Positions 1 through 7,354 of a DNA stretch of 64,000 bases are shown here, piece by piece. The stretch is from Verrucomicrobiia bacterium. GTDB lineage: Bacteria > Verrucomicrobiota > Verrucomicrobiia > Limisphaerales > UBA11358. Position 1 is the first letter of the stretch. Each line of letters starts with the position of its first letter. The notes under the pieces are model-generated. The model was not told the DNA's origin and did no database searches. It saw nothing but the letters and a program-made list of their open reading frames with translations. Location of the stretch: assembly GCA_036269115.1 (NCBI GenBank), contig DATAST010000091.1, positions 24,889 to 88,888 on the forward strand. The letters run 5' to 3'. The translations under genes and the position numbers were made by a program.

Positions 1-455
1 GGCCAATGAAGCGTTGGTGCGCTCATCAGAATGCTGGCAAACGTCCCGAGCATCGGTAATATCGGGTTCTCTAACAGGAAAATCAAAATAATGCACGTGA
101 ACAGGTAAATTAGGGCATTGTAAGACGCAAAGGCAAAGGCATACATGTCCTGGTATTTTGGCGCCCAAACGAGCGATGTGGTATCTTTTTGGAAGTCCAT
201 ACCAGCGGCTTTGGCAATCAACTGAACGTGAAGCATTTGGGCCCACTCGGCTGAAAGTTTCATTGAAAGCGCTCTGCACCTCCAGTTTGGCGGAACTATC
301 TGGAGCCCGTTTTCCGTATCTATGCACACGAACAAAGCCCACGGAAAGGCGTTGTCGTTCTCTATCCTGGGGAATGCGCCCATCTTTAATTCAGCGAAAA
401 GTCCAACGGAAAGTACTGCGGCCAGGAAAAAATGAATAATTTTCGCTTTCAGCAT
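1..455 (-). CDS. hypothetical exported/membrane protein (partial; 3' end lies beyond window start)
   Basis: Own translation of the minus strand: ATG at 455-453, frame open to nt 1 (151 codons). It is missing from the ORF track because no stop lies inside the window. N-terminus MLKAKIIHFFLAAVLSVGLFA resembles a signal peptide or anchor, and there is a later hydrophobic run LIYLFTCIILIFLL. No family recognised. Confidence 0.4.
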   Translation of the reverse strand, partial: MLKAKIIHFFLAAVLSVGLFAELKMGAFPRIENDNAFPWALFVCIDTENGLQIVPPNWRCRALSMKLSAEWAQMLHVQLIAKAAGMDFQKDTTSLVWAPKYQDMYAFAFASYNALIYLFTCIILIFLLENPILPMLGTFASILMSAPTLHW

Positions 456-591
456 TTCGCAAGCCCAATTGCAATTGAAATTCGCCATTTTGTCATCTGC
501 CAAATTCTAAAGAACCGTGCAAAAACCAATAGCTTCGGGCCGGGTGAGGGCGCTCTCGTCAGCGATGGAACAAGGCTCCGAAACCAACAAA

Positions 592-891
592 TCACGCTGC
601 CAAAACCTTCACTTCGCGTTCCAAACGTCGCCCCAGGCGGCCTTCCTCCACTTCCAAGTCGTAGTGTGATTGGAGATTCAGCCAGAATTGCGCCGACATC
701 TTGAAATAGCGCCCCAACCGCAAAGCCGTGTCTGCGGAAATAGCACGCGTACCGTTCACAATCTCATTGATCCGGCGGGCTGGCACGCATATATCTTTTG
801 CCAATCGGTACTGCGTCAAGCCCAACGGCTTCAAAAAATCTTCCTCCAGGACTTCTCCCGGCGTGATATTGGCCAGTGATATGTTTTTCAT
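592..891 (-). CDS. higA: HigA-type antitoxin (XRE-family HTH)
   Basis: 99-aa ORF. PGEVLEEDFLKPLGLTQYRLAKDICVPARRINEIVNGTRAISADTALRLGRYFKMSAQFWLNLQSHYDL matches the HigA/VapI consensus. It starts 4 nt after the higB stop (toxin-first order typical of higBA). Confidence 0.9.
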   Translation of the reverse strand: MKNISLANITPGEVLEEDFLKPLGLTQYRLAKDICVPARRINEIVNGTRAISADTALRLGRYFKMSAQFWLNLQSHYDLEVEEGRLGRRLEREVKVLAA

Positions 892-895
892 AAGC

Positions 896-1174
896 TTAAT
901 GATAATCTACAATTTCAACCTGATGCGCACCAGATTCCCAGTGGAAACAAATCCGCCATTGGTCGTTGATGCGGATGCTGTGTTGTCCGGCGCGTCTGCC
1001 TTTCAGCGCTTCCAGCCGGTTGCCCGGCGGTACTGCTACGTCTGACAACTGGGTCGCTGCATGCAATTGCAATAGCTTGCGGCGTGCCGTTCTCTGGATG
1101 TCCGGTGGCAGGCGCCGCGACCTCGTCGCATGGAATATTTTTTCTGTCTCCGCGCAGGCGAAACTCTCAATCAT
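896..1174 (-). CDS. higB: HigB-type toxin (RelE/ParE superfamily, plasmid maintenance system killer)
   Basis: Track ORF 896-1279 trimmed to the internal ATG at 1174 (92 aa). MIESF..EKIFH..LPPDIQRTARRKLLQL..PPGNRLEALKGRRAGQHSIRINDQWRICFHWESG..VEIVDYH is the HigB signature. Confidence 0.85.
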   Translation of the reverse strand: MIESFACAETEKIFHATRSRRLPPDIQRTARRKLLQLHAATQLSDVAVPPGNRLEALKGRRAGQHSIRINDQWRICFHWESGAHQVEIVDYH

Positions 1175-1285
1175 CGCCGGGTAATAATAATGCGAGGCGT
1201 TATTAACGTCAAGCGTTATTAGTGAGGCTCGGATGATGATCGCTTCGGGTTGCGGTGGCGGCGCAGGAGCGCCGCCCAACCGGTA

Positions 1286-4200
1286 TCACTTCGAAACCGT
1301 CTCCGTCTGCGCGAAATGCCGGGCGATTTCCTCAATCCACCCGTTGTCGGGCTGCGCGTATGGCCGGAACGTTTCGAGCACGCCTTCGCGTTCGTTGTAA
1401 AAGAGGGCGCGATGGAGGCCCAGGGTGGATGCGTTGGGCGCGTCGATCAGGCTGGCCGAATCGGTTGCGCTCATCTGGAACATGACGCGCATTTCGAATT
1501 CGCTCAACGCTTTTCTTCCCAGATAGCGGCCCACGTTGTTGTAGGTGTCGCAAGTGATGATGACATGAATTCCTCGTCCCGGCCCTTCGGTAATGAGATT
1601 TATCAGGGTCGCGGCGGGAGTGGCTCCTGACTCGGAACTCGAAAAGCTGAATTCATCTTCCTGCCTGAGTTTTTTGAAATTCTGGATGCTCTGGATGAAA
1701 ACAAAAATTTCCGGGGCGTCCGAAATCGCGCCTTCGCCGCGTTTTTTTAACTCTTCAGCCAGGCCCGACATGATTTCCGGAAGCTCGGCGTTTCCAACCA
1801 TGGCAACTTCATGGGGCAGGGCATCTACCGCGTGTTGCAGGAATTCTCTCTGGGGAAAACCAGGCTGGGTACTGTCAAAAACAAAGAAACGCGCCGCGCC
1901 ACGCGGATATTGCGCAGCGAGGGACATGAGAGCGACAGTCAAAATACTCAGCGACCTTTCTTCACTTTGAGCGACGACGAGAAGGTTGCCGCCGCTTTGG
2001 CGAAGGAAAACGGCTTCAGTCGGACCTTTGATGGAATTCGGAGCCCCCAGCCACACGCGCGGCGGTTGCGGCAGGGTTGTGGGAATCACGTCGAGCGCGG
2101 CCTGCAATGGCAAGTTATCCCGCACGTCGGCGGGCGCATTTCCTTCAAACACGATCGGGCCCGGATAGTTATTGTCCGATTTGTCGGCATGGTCACGGAT
2201 GTTTTTCAGCGCAGAATCGCGGACGGTATCGGGCAGCCAGACAGCCTGGAAGGGGCTGTTGCCTTCAATCGCCCCGGCGTCGTCATTATAAATGCCTTCG
2301 CCCGGACGTGACAGGAGCCGCGGCGCGGGATTGTCCTGGTCCATGATGAGGTAGGCATCGGCCTCGTTACATTGGAGGGCGATGCGGATGACCATCTGGC
2401 CAATGGTGGCGCGGGCGAGAGTGTAAGCGCCGCCGAGGGTCTGGGAGCCGAGCAGCACATGAATGCCAAAGGCGCGGCCCTGGCGAACGATGCGATCCAG
2501 TAAAACCGCCGCGCCCTGGGAGACACGATCTTCTTCAACAAAAAATTCCTGGAACTCGTCGATCATCAGCAGCGTGCGCGGGATCGGTTCCGTCCCGCCG
2601 TTGCGTTTGTAGCCGGCGATGTCCTGTGCGCCGACTTTGCGGAACATATCGCCACGCCGGCGCAGTTCATCGTCCACGCGCTGGAGAACGCTCAGGCCAA
2701 ATTCGCGATCGCTTTCGATGGCGACGACTTTGGCGTGGGGCAATTTGCGCGCGCCGTAGCATTTGAATTCTACGCCCTTTTTAAAGTCCACGAGATAAAA
2801 CTCGACCTGTTCCGGGCTGCAACGCAGGGCGAGGTTGGTGATAATAATGTGGAACAGCGTGGATTTGCCCGAACCGGTTTTGCCCGCGATGAGCGCATGC
2901 TGGCGTGTGCCTTTGCCGATGGCGAGATATTGAAGCTTTGTCGCGCCGGACCGGCCGATGGGCACCCGCAATTCCTCGGTCGTGTCCTCAGTCCACAATT
3001 GCGTGGCGGGCGGCGCGACCTGTTCAAAGGGCACCTCCACGCGGGTCGAATCCTTGCTGGTCTTGCCAACCTCATGGAGAAAGCGCGTGACAAATTCGCT
3101 CGAAGGCGCCGCATCCAGAAGCAGCTTTACTCCCGGTGGATGCCAATTGGACAGGACAAAAGAATTTTCGGCGCGTGACAGGCAAACGCTGTTTTTTCGA
3201 AGTTCGTCCGGAACGAAATCCTGCGGCGGGGCAATGCGCGAGTCCCAATGAATAAAAGTGTAAACGCCGCAACGCGCGCCGCTGGCGGCAATGTTGCGCA
3301 GGCGGCGCGCCGCGGTCTCGGTGAAATTTGCGGGAAAGGATGCGATGACGAGGAAATGATATTTTTCCGCCACCGCGCCGGCTTCGGCGTTGTATTCCGT
3401 AATGGTGGCGTACTCATTGCGGAGATACATCTGGATGATTTTCTCCATGTGCTCGTTCAGTTCGGCGAGCTTTTCCTCGAATTGCGCCGATTGGGTCCAG
3501 ATGCGGCTGTTGATGTAGCTTTCCTCGTAATCCGCCAGGTGCATGAGCGACGCGAAATTTTCGCCCAGGCCCACCGGGTCAAAAATCGTGAACATCAGCT
3601 TGCCCGGCGGCGTGGTCGCGAAGACGCGGAAAATAATGTTGTTGATGGCGGCGATCGCTTCCTCGTTTCCGGTCTTGCCGGTTTCAAACAAAATGGAGCC
3701 TTGCGAGGGACAAACGACCGACACTGGTACCGTAAGCACAGGCGGGCAGGGGAGGGCGAGCCGTTTGTCCTTGGGCAATGCGTCGGCGAGTTTGGGAATA
3801 TTGACTTCGAGCCGTCCAAAGGTCGCCACATTTTGAAAATCGCGCGGCGGCGTCCAATTGTTCCAATTTGCAGGCTCCCAGGGCGGAAACATCTTTTCAG
3901 CAGCCGCGGCTCCCGCCTGAAGCTCGCTACAAAGCGGCTCGATGGCGCGTTTCCAGTCGGCCTCAATTTGGACCCACGCGGCGGCGTGTTCCTGTTGCAT
4001 CTGCTGTTTCTTCGATTCGAAATCGTTGAGGAGACGCCGCGTGAGTTCGTCGTATTCCGCCTGCTTCCGTTCCATGGTCTCGTGGTGCTGCGTTTCGATG
4101 CGTTCGAGTTTCTTTGCGCCGGCCGCCATGTTTTTCTGGTGAATGCGAAGGGCTTTGTCGTCGACCTGCATCGGCAGGGATGTGCCCAGGCGCGCGAGGT

Positions 4201-5161
4201 TTCGCGCGCCTTCCTTCCAGCGCTGGTTCAACGCGACTTCGTTGGCCTGAAATTCCGCCTGAATGCGTTCCTGCTCCTGTTGATAGTGAAGCTCAATTTT
4301 TTCCGCGCCGCCGTCCAGCATTTCGTGCGCTTTGACAAAATGATCCGCCACAGTCGCGGCCGCCCCGGCTGCGGCTCCCGCGGCGACAAAAGACAGCACC
4401 AGCAGGATGGCGCACACCGCCAATGCCGCAGTCGCAACAGGAACTGACACCACGTGGAAAACCAGTCCCGCGATCGCAATCCCGAGCAACACAATTGCCA
4501 CCGGCCAGATGGGGACATATCGAAGCAGGCGCGGCAGCAGAACGCTGTCGAATTTGTTCAAGTCGGTTACGATTTTAGACTGATATTGCCCAAGTCGGGC
4601 GAAGAACGGCGCGCCATCGAATGCGGCGGAAGATTCCTGCCGTTGGCCGCGGCGAAGCAGTCGGCGGAACTTTCCGCTGACATGAAACGCGCGGCGCGCT
4701 TTTTTTTCCAGAAGCGCGAAGGTCGCGCTGGTTTCGGCGAATTGCTGGCGAAAGCCGTCCACGGCCGTGGCGGCGGCGGTCAGGTCCGTATTACGCTGTT
4801 GCTCGGCCTCGGCCAGGCCGGTCTGGACCTCCCCGCGCCAGTGGGCATCCTGTTTCTCGACATTCTTGATGGCACGATCCCGCGCGAGTTTGTAGGCGCG
4901 CTCGATGCGGTCTTTCCGTCCGTCTGTGGTTGATCGGGCGCGCGCTTTGCTTGATTCGAGATCCGCCTCGCCGGCCGTAATGGCCTCGTCCCAGTCCGTC
5001 TCCAGCTTTTCGTTTTGGGTTTCGTAATGCTTGAGCGCGGCGGAGGAACGGGCCTGGAAATCAGATTCCTGCCGTTCTTCGCGCGCGGCGAAATCTCGGA
5101 CGGTCTGCTTCAATTTCTCCAGAAGCGCGAGGGTATCGTTGACGGCGGGAATATTATTCAC
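1286..5161 (-). CDS. FtsK/SpoIIIE-family membrane ATPase with three P-loop-like modules (EssC/EccC-like architecture)
   Basis: 1291 aa. GTG start at 5161 is preceded by AGGAG (5-nt spacer) and overlaps the upstream stop by 8 nt (GTGAATAA). About 215 aa of charged coiled-coil-like N-terminus are followed by two adjacent hydrophobic helices (VPIWPVAIVLLGIAIAGLVFHVV / VPVATAALAVCAILLVLSFVAAG) and a second coiled-coil-like stretch. Then come a degenerate P-loop module (ETGKTGNEEA), a canonical FtsK/SpoIIIE module (Walker A GKTGSGKST near nt 2862-2888, Walker B LLMIDEFQEF, GIHVLLGSQ) and a degenerate C-terminal module (LLVVAQSEERS..GIHVIITCD). No FtsK gamma domain recognised at the C-terminus. Confidence 0.85.
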   Translation of the reverse strand: MNNIPAVNDTLALLEKLKQTVRDFAAREERQESDFQARSSAALKHYETQNEKLETDWDEAITAGEADLESSKARARSTTDGRKDRIERAYKLARDRAIKNVEKQDAHWRGEVQTGLAEAEQQRNTDLTAAATAVDGFRQQFAETSATFALLEKKARRAFHVSGKFRRLLRRGQRQESSAAFDGAPFFARLGQYQSKIVTDLNKFDSVLLPRLLRYVPIWPVAIVLLGIAIAGLVFHVVSVPVATAALAVCAILLVLSFVAAGAAAGAAATVADHFVKAHEMLDGGAEKIELHYQQEQERIQAEFQANEVALNQRWKEGARNLARLGTSLPMQVDDKALRIHQKNMAAGAKKLERIETQHHETMERKQAEYDELTRRLLNDFESKKQQMQQEHAAAWVQIEADWKRAIEPLCSELQAGAAAAEKMFPPWEPANWNNWTPPRDFQNVATFGRLEVNIPKLADALPKDKRLALPCPPVLTVPVSVVCPSQGSILFETGKTGNEEAIAAINNIIFRVFATTPPGKLMFTIFDPVGLGENFASLMHLADYEESYINSRIWTQSAQFEEKLAELNEHMEKIIQMYLRNEYATITEYNAEAGAVAEKYHFLVIASFPANFTETAARRLRNIAASGARCGVYTFIHWDSRIAPPQDFVPDELRKNSVCLSRAENSFVLSNWHPPGVKLLLDAAPSSEFVTRFLHEVGKTSKDSTRVEVPFEQVAPPATQLWTEDTTEELRVPIGRSGATKLQYLAIGKGTRQHALIAGKTGSGKSTLFHIIITNLALRCSPEQVEFYLVDFKKGVEFKCYGARKLPHAKVVAIESDREFGLSVLQRVDDELRRRGDMFRKVGAQDIAGYKRNGGTEPIPRTLLMIDEFQEFFVEEDRVSQGAAVLLDRIVRQGRAFGIHVLLGSQTLGGAYTLARATIGQMVIRIALQCNEADAYLIMDQDNPAPRLLSRPGEGIYNDDAGAIEGNSPFQAVWLPDTVRDSALKNIRDHADKSDNNYPGPIVFEGNAPADVRDNLPLQAALDVIPTTLPQPPRVWLGAPNSIKGPTEAVFLRQSGGNLLVVAQSEERSLSILTVALMSLAAQYPRGAARFFVFDSTQPGFPQREFLQHAVDALPHEVAMVGNAELPEIMSGLAEELKKRGEGAISDAPEIFVFIQSIQNFKKLRQEDEFSFSSSESGATPAATLINLITEGPGRGIHVIITCDTYNNVGRYLGRKALSEFEMRVMFQMSATDSASLIDAPNASTLGLHRALFYNEREGVLETFRPYAQPDNGWIEEIARHFAQTETVSK

Positions 5162-5366
5162 AATCGCTCCTGATCTTTTTCAGCAATTCATCGAGCTTTT
5201 CAAGCACGACCACTGTTTTATTTGTAAAAACAAACAGTTCATCAAGATATTTTTTCTCGAACTCGGCGCTCTTGTGATCGCGCCAGAAATCTTTCGTGTG
5301 TTCCCATTGCAATGAAAGCTCCCGGACCGAGCCCGTGAGACGTCCTTTGTTTGCGCTCAGGCTCAT
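5154..5366 (-). CDS. 70-aa helical protein, short WXG100-like paralogue
   Basis: Track ORF 5154-5609 trimmed to ATG 5366 (GGGAG 8 nt upstream). The rest of the track ORF is read-through of a REPIN-like repeat. It shares D-x-W-x-D-x5-F-x3-[FY] with the 90-aa protein (DFWRDHKSAEFEKKY vs DTWQDQEHEKFSEEF). Its stop overlaps the ATPase start. Confidence 0.5.
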   Translation of the reverse strand: MSLSANKGRLTGSVRELSLQWEHTKDFWRDHKSAEFEKKYLDELFVFTNKTVVVLEKLDELLKKIRSDCE

Positions 5367-5383
5367 AGAGAGGCTCCCGTCGT

Positions 5384-5534
5384 GGTAGGGACAGCGCGCT
5401 GCGCTGTCCGCGCCCGTAAAGCGGGCGCAACGAGCGCAGTCGGGTGTCCTATTGTCCCAAGTCGCGGAATTCCGCCCGCTATACGGGCGGTGACGGCGGT
5501 GGCAGCGCCACTTGCGAATAGCGCCGTTCCTACC
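5384..5534. repeat. REPIN-like element copy 1 (GTAG-headed inverted REP doublet)
   Basis: Bounded by inverted GGTAGGGAC / GTTCCTACC ends. The left arm is GTAG plus hairpin GGACAGCGC-GCT-GCGCTGTCC; the right arm is the long type containing GGCAGCGCCACTTGC. It lies between two genes of the T7-like operon. Confidence 0.8.
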
Positions 5535-5550
5535 ATTTTTGCGATCCGGC

Positions 5551-6042
5551 TCATTCCGCCTCTTCCCCTTTCTGAATATTTGCATACGCTTCAATGGATT
5601 CGATGACACGATCCAGATAGGCGATAGCCCGCGGCATTTCGGTAGTCAAAAATGTTTCGAATTGCCCGATCTGTTTCACGAGCGGGTCCGTTTTATCGTC
5701 CAGGTCACGCGACCATTTTTTCAGCAGGGCGAGTTTGGTCTCGCATTCGCGGACAGATCGGTCCGCCCGTTGGACGGCCATGGTTTGCAGCGAACTGGCT
5801 TCCTGTAATTTGGACAGCCTCGCGTTAAAGAGTTCCGCCTTGGCCTCCTCCAGCTTGCGCCAGGACACGCGGAACTGGCGGTCCCAGTGCCGGCGCTGGT
5901 CTTCCTCGACCCATTGCCGGGTCCGGGTGATTTCGCCCGAAGTTTCCTCCAGCAAAGGACGGACTTTGCTGAGGCAAACAATCAGCGCAGCCCGAAACGC
6001 GGCAATCGCCTCGGAGGAAGTAATATGGGCTGTCTCGGCCAT
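5551..6042 (-). CDS. 163-aa predicted all-helical protein of unknown function (T7-like operon member)
   Basis: ATG at 6042, 18 nt after the stop of the WXG100-like gene. Charged heptad-like sequence throughout, no TM segment or signal peptide. No family recognised. Confidence 0.55.
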   Translation of the reverse strand: MAETAHITSSEAIAAFRAALIVCLSKVRPLLEETSGEITRTRQWVEEDQRRHWDRQFRVSWRKLEEAKAELFNARLSKLQEASSLQTMAVQRADRSVRECETKLALLKKWSRDLDDKTDPLVKQIGQFETFLTTEMPRAIAYLDRVIESIEAYANIQKGEEAE

Positions 6043-6060
6043 GGAAGTATATTTCGTTGG

Positions 6061-6333
6061 TTATCGCTGGTTGAGATATTCCTCGATGCGTTGCGCTTTG
6101 CGCATCAGGTATGGCGTGTGCACCTTGGAAGCCTCGACGAATTTCTTCAGGGCTTTCATCGCGGACTTGAATTCCTCGGAAAACTTTTCGTGCTCCTGGT
6201 CCTGCCAGGTATCGCCCAGCGCGGCGAATCGGGCCATCAACAGCACCAGGCGATTTTCGAGGTCGGTGTTAAAGCGTTGCAGTTCCTCGGCGAACCGCCG
6301 CACCTTTTCCGGATCCATGATTGCTTGAGCCAT
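6061..6333 (-). CDS. WXG100 (ESAT-6/EsxA)-like small helical hairpin protein, W-x-D variant
   Basis: Track ORF 6061-6660 trimmed to ATG 6333 (90 aa). Compared from memory with S. aureus EsxA: N-terminus MAMIKMSPEEIR vs MAQAIMDPEKVR here, and central ANWEGQAFSRFEEQF vs DTWQDQEHEKFSEEF here. W0, Q+3, F+8, E+10 and F+12 are kept; G+2 is replaced by D. Length, W at about residue 43, and position upstream of an FtsK/SpoIIIE ATPase all fit the family. Confidence 0.6.
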   Translation of the reverse strand: MAQAIMDPEKVRRFAEELQRFNTDLENRLVLLMARFAALGDTWQDQEHEKFSEEFKSAMKALKKFVEASKVHTPYLMRKAQRIEEYLNQR

Positions 6334-6440
6334 TGGCGTACCTTTCGTTGGTTGCGTTGCAATTGCAGTTCTTTGAATATCGCAAATAATTGAGTGCTGG
6401 GCAACTATGCATGCGGAATTGGATTTCGCGTGGGCGCATC

Positions 6441-7316
6441 TCAGTTTCTTGCAGTGCGGATGAATGGGGGAGAACACGCGCCTCGCGTGCAGCGGTTGCC
6501 CCATTTGCAGGCGTTCAGCAACCCAGCGCAACGACACGGTCCGCCGAACGTCTCTTTCAAGCGGGATTGAAAGCTCTGCGAGCAGCTGCGTCGTGCGCTT
6601 CCCCGCGCCGCACCACTGTGCGATTGCCGATAGCGACCCTTCACTGTCCGCTCCAGCCATGCTTCCAGTTTATCCAGAAAGGACGGTTCGCCCAGATACC
6701 AGCCCCGCCGAATCGCCTTCCAGCTCTGTTCCAGCTCTTTGCGGCCAGTCTTCATTCCCAGCTCAAGCACCCGTCCTTCAATAGACGCCTCATAACCGCG
6801 GCGATCCGCGGGCCGCAAGCGCAGGCTGCCCATCACCCGCCGCCGTTCCAGGCAAAACGGCGCTTTACCGCGACGAACTAAATACCACCGATAGCTGCTC
6901 CATTTGTAGCCCTTGAGCCGTTGCTGTCCAACCCGAACGAGCCCGGCGCGCACAGGATTCAAATGAATGTATGTGCTGAGGACCTGAAAATACATCGGCT
7001 CGCGCTCGTCCACAATCACCGCCTTGTAGCGACCCTGGAAAAGATGTCCGAATAATTTGCGGCGCCGATTATAGCGTTGCGTGTAAGCGCTTTGCAGCCA
7101 CTTCATTCCCGCCACCAAGTTCCCTTCCGGCGTCTCAATCAGCAAATGATAATGATTGCCCATCAGGACATAAGCGCGAACAAGCCATCCGGTCCTTTGG
7201 CAGGCTTCGGCCAGTGTCTCCAAAAACCGCTTGCGATCCTGGTCATCGGCGAAAATCGCCTGACCCTGAGTACCGCGAGCCATCACATGGTAAACCGCTC
7301 CGAGGTAATCTCGCAT
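6441..7316 (-). CDS. REP-associated tyrosine transposase (RAYT / TnpA_REP, IS200-like Y1 HUH enzyme)
   Basis: ATG at 7316 (the track start at 7370 is TTG). YHVMARG, HUH motif in LMGNHYHLLIETP, GHLFQGRYK, and catalytic-Tyr context STYIHLNPVRAGLV. Single gene with no tnpB or IS ends. GTAG-headed REP doublets are present elsewhere in the window. Confidence 0.85.
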   Translation of the reverse strand: MRDYLGAVYHVMARGTQGQAIFADDQDRKRFLETLAEACQRTGWLVRAYVLMGNHYHLLIETPEGNLVAGMKWLQSAYTQRYNRRRKLFGHLFQGRYKAVIVDEREPMYFQVLSTYIHLNPVRAGLVRVGQQRLKGYKWSSYRWYLVRRGKAPFCLERRRVMGSLRLRPADRRGYEASIEGRVLELGMKTGRKELEQSWKAIRRGWYLGEPSFLDKLEAWLERTVKGRYRQSHSGAARGSARRSCSQSFQSRLKETFGGPCRCAGLLNACKWGNRCTRGACSPPFIRTARN

Positions 7317-7354
7317 TGCCGGCCGTCCGAGTTGCGGTACAATTGCGCGACGTT

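Noticed and set aside
158-704. Track ORFs 158-439 and 432-704 (+)
   Set aside because: They show no motifs. 158-439 lies opposite the open minus-strand frame 1-455, which has a plausible signal peptide. 432-704 largely spans the gap before higA and overlaps it.
3248-4447. 399-aa + strand ORF inside the FtsK/SpoIIIE gene
   Set aside because: Antisense shadow ORF in GC-rich DNA. It has Arg/Gly/Phe-rich composition and no motifs, while the opposite strand carries clear Walker motifs.
1286-5161. Interpreting the 1291-aa ATPase as the chromosomal cell-division translocase FtsK
   Set aside because: It has a two-helix hairpin rather than the four-TM FtsK N-domain and shows no recognisable gamma (KOPS-binding) domain. 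It has three P-loop modules and sits in an operon with WXG100-like genes in an accessory island.
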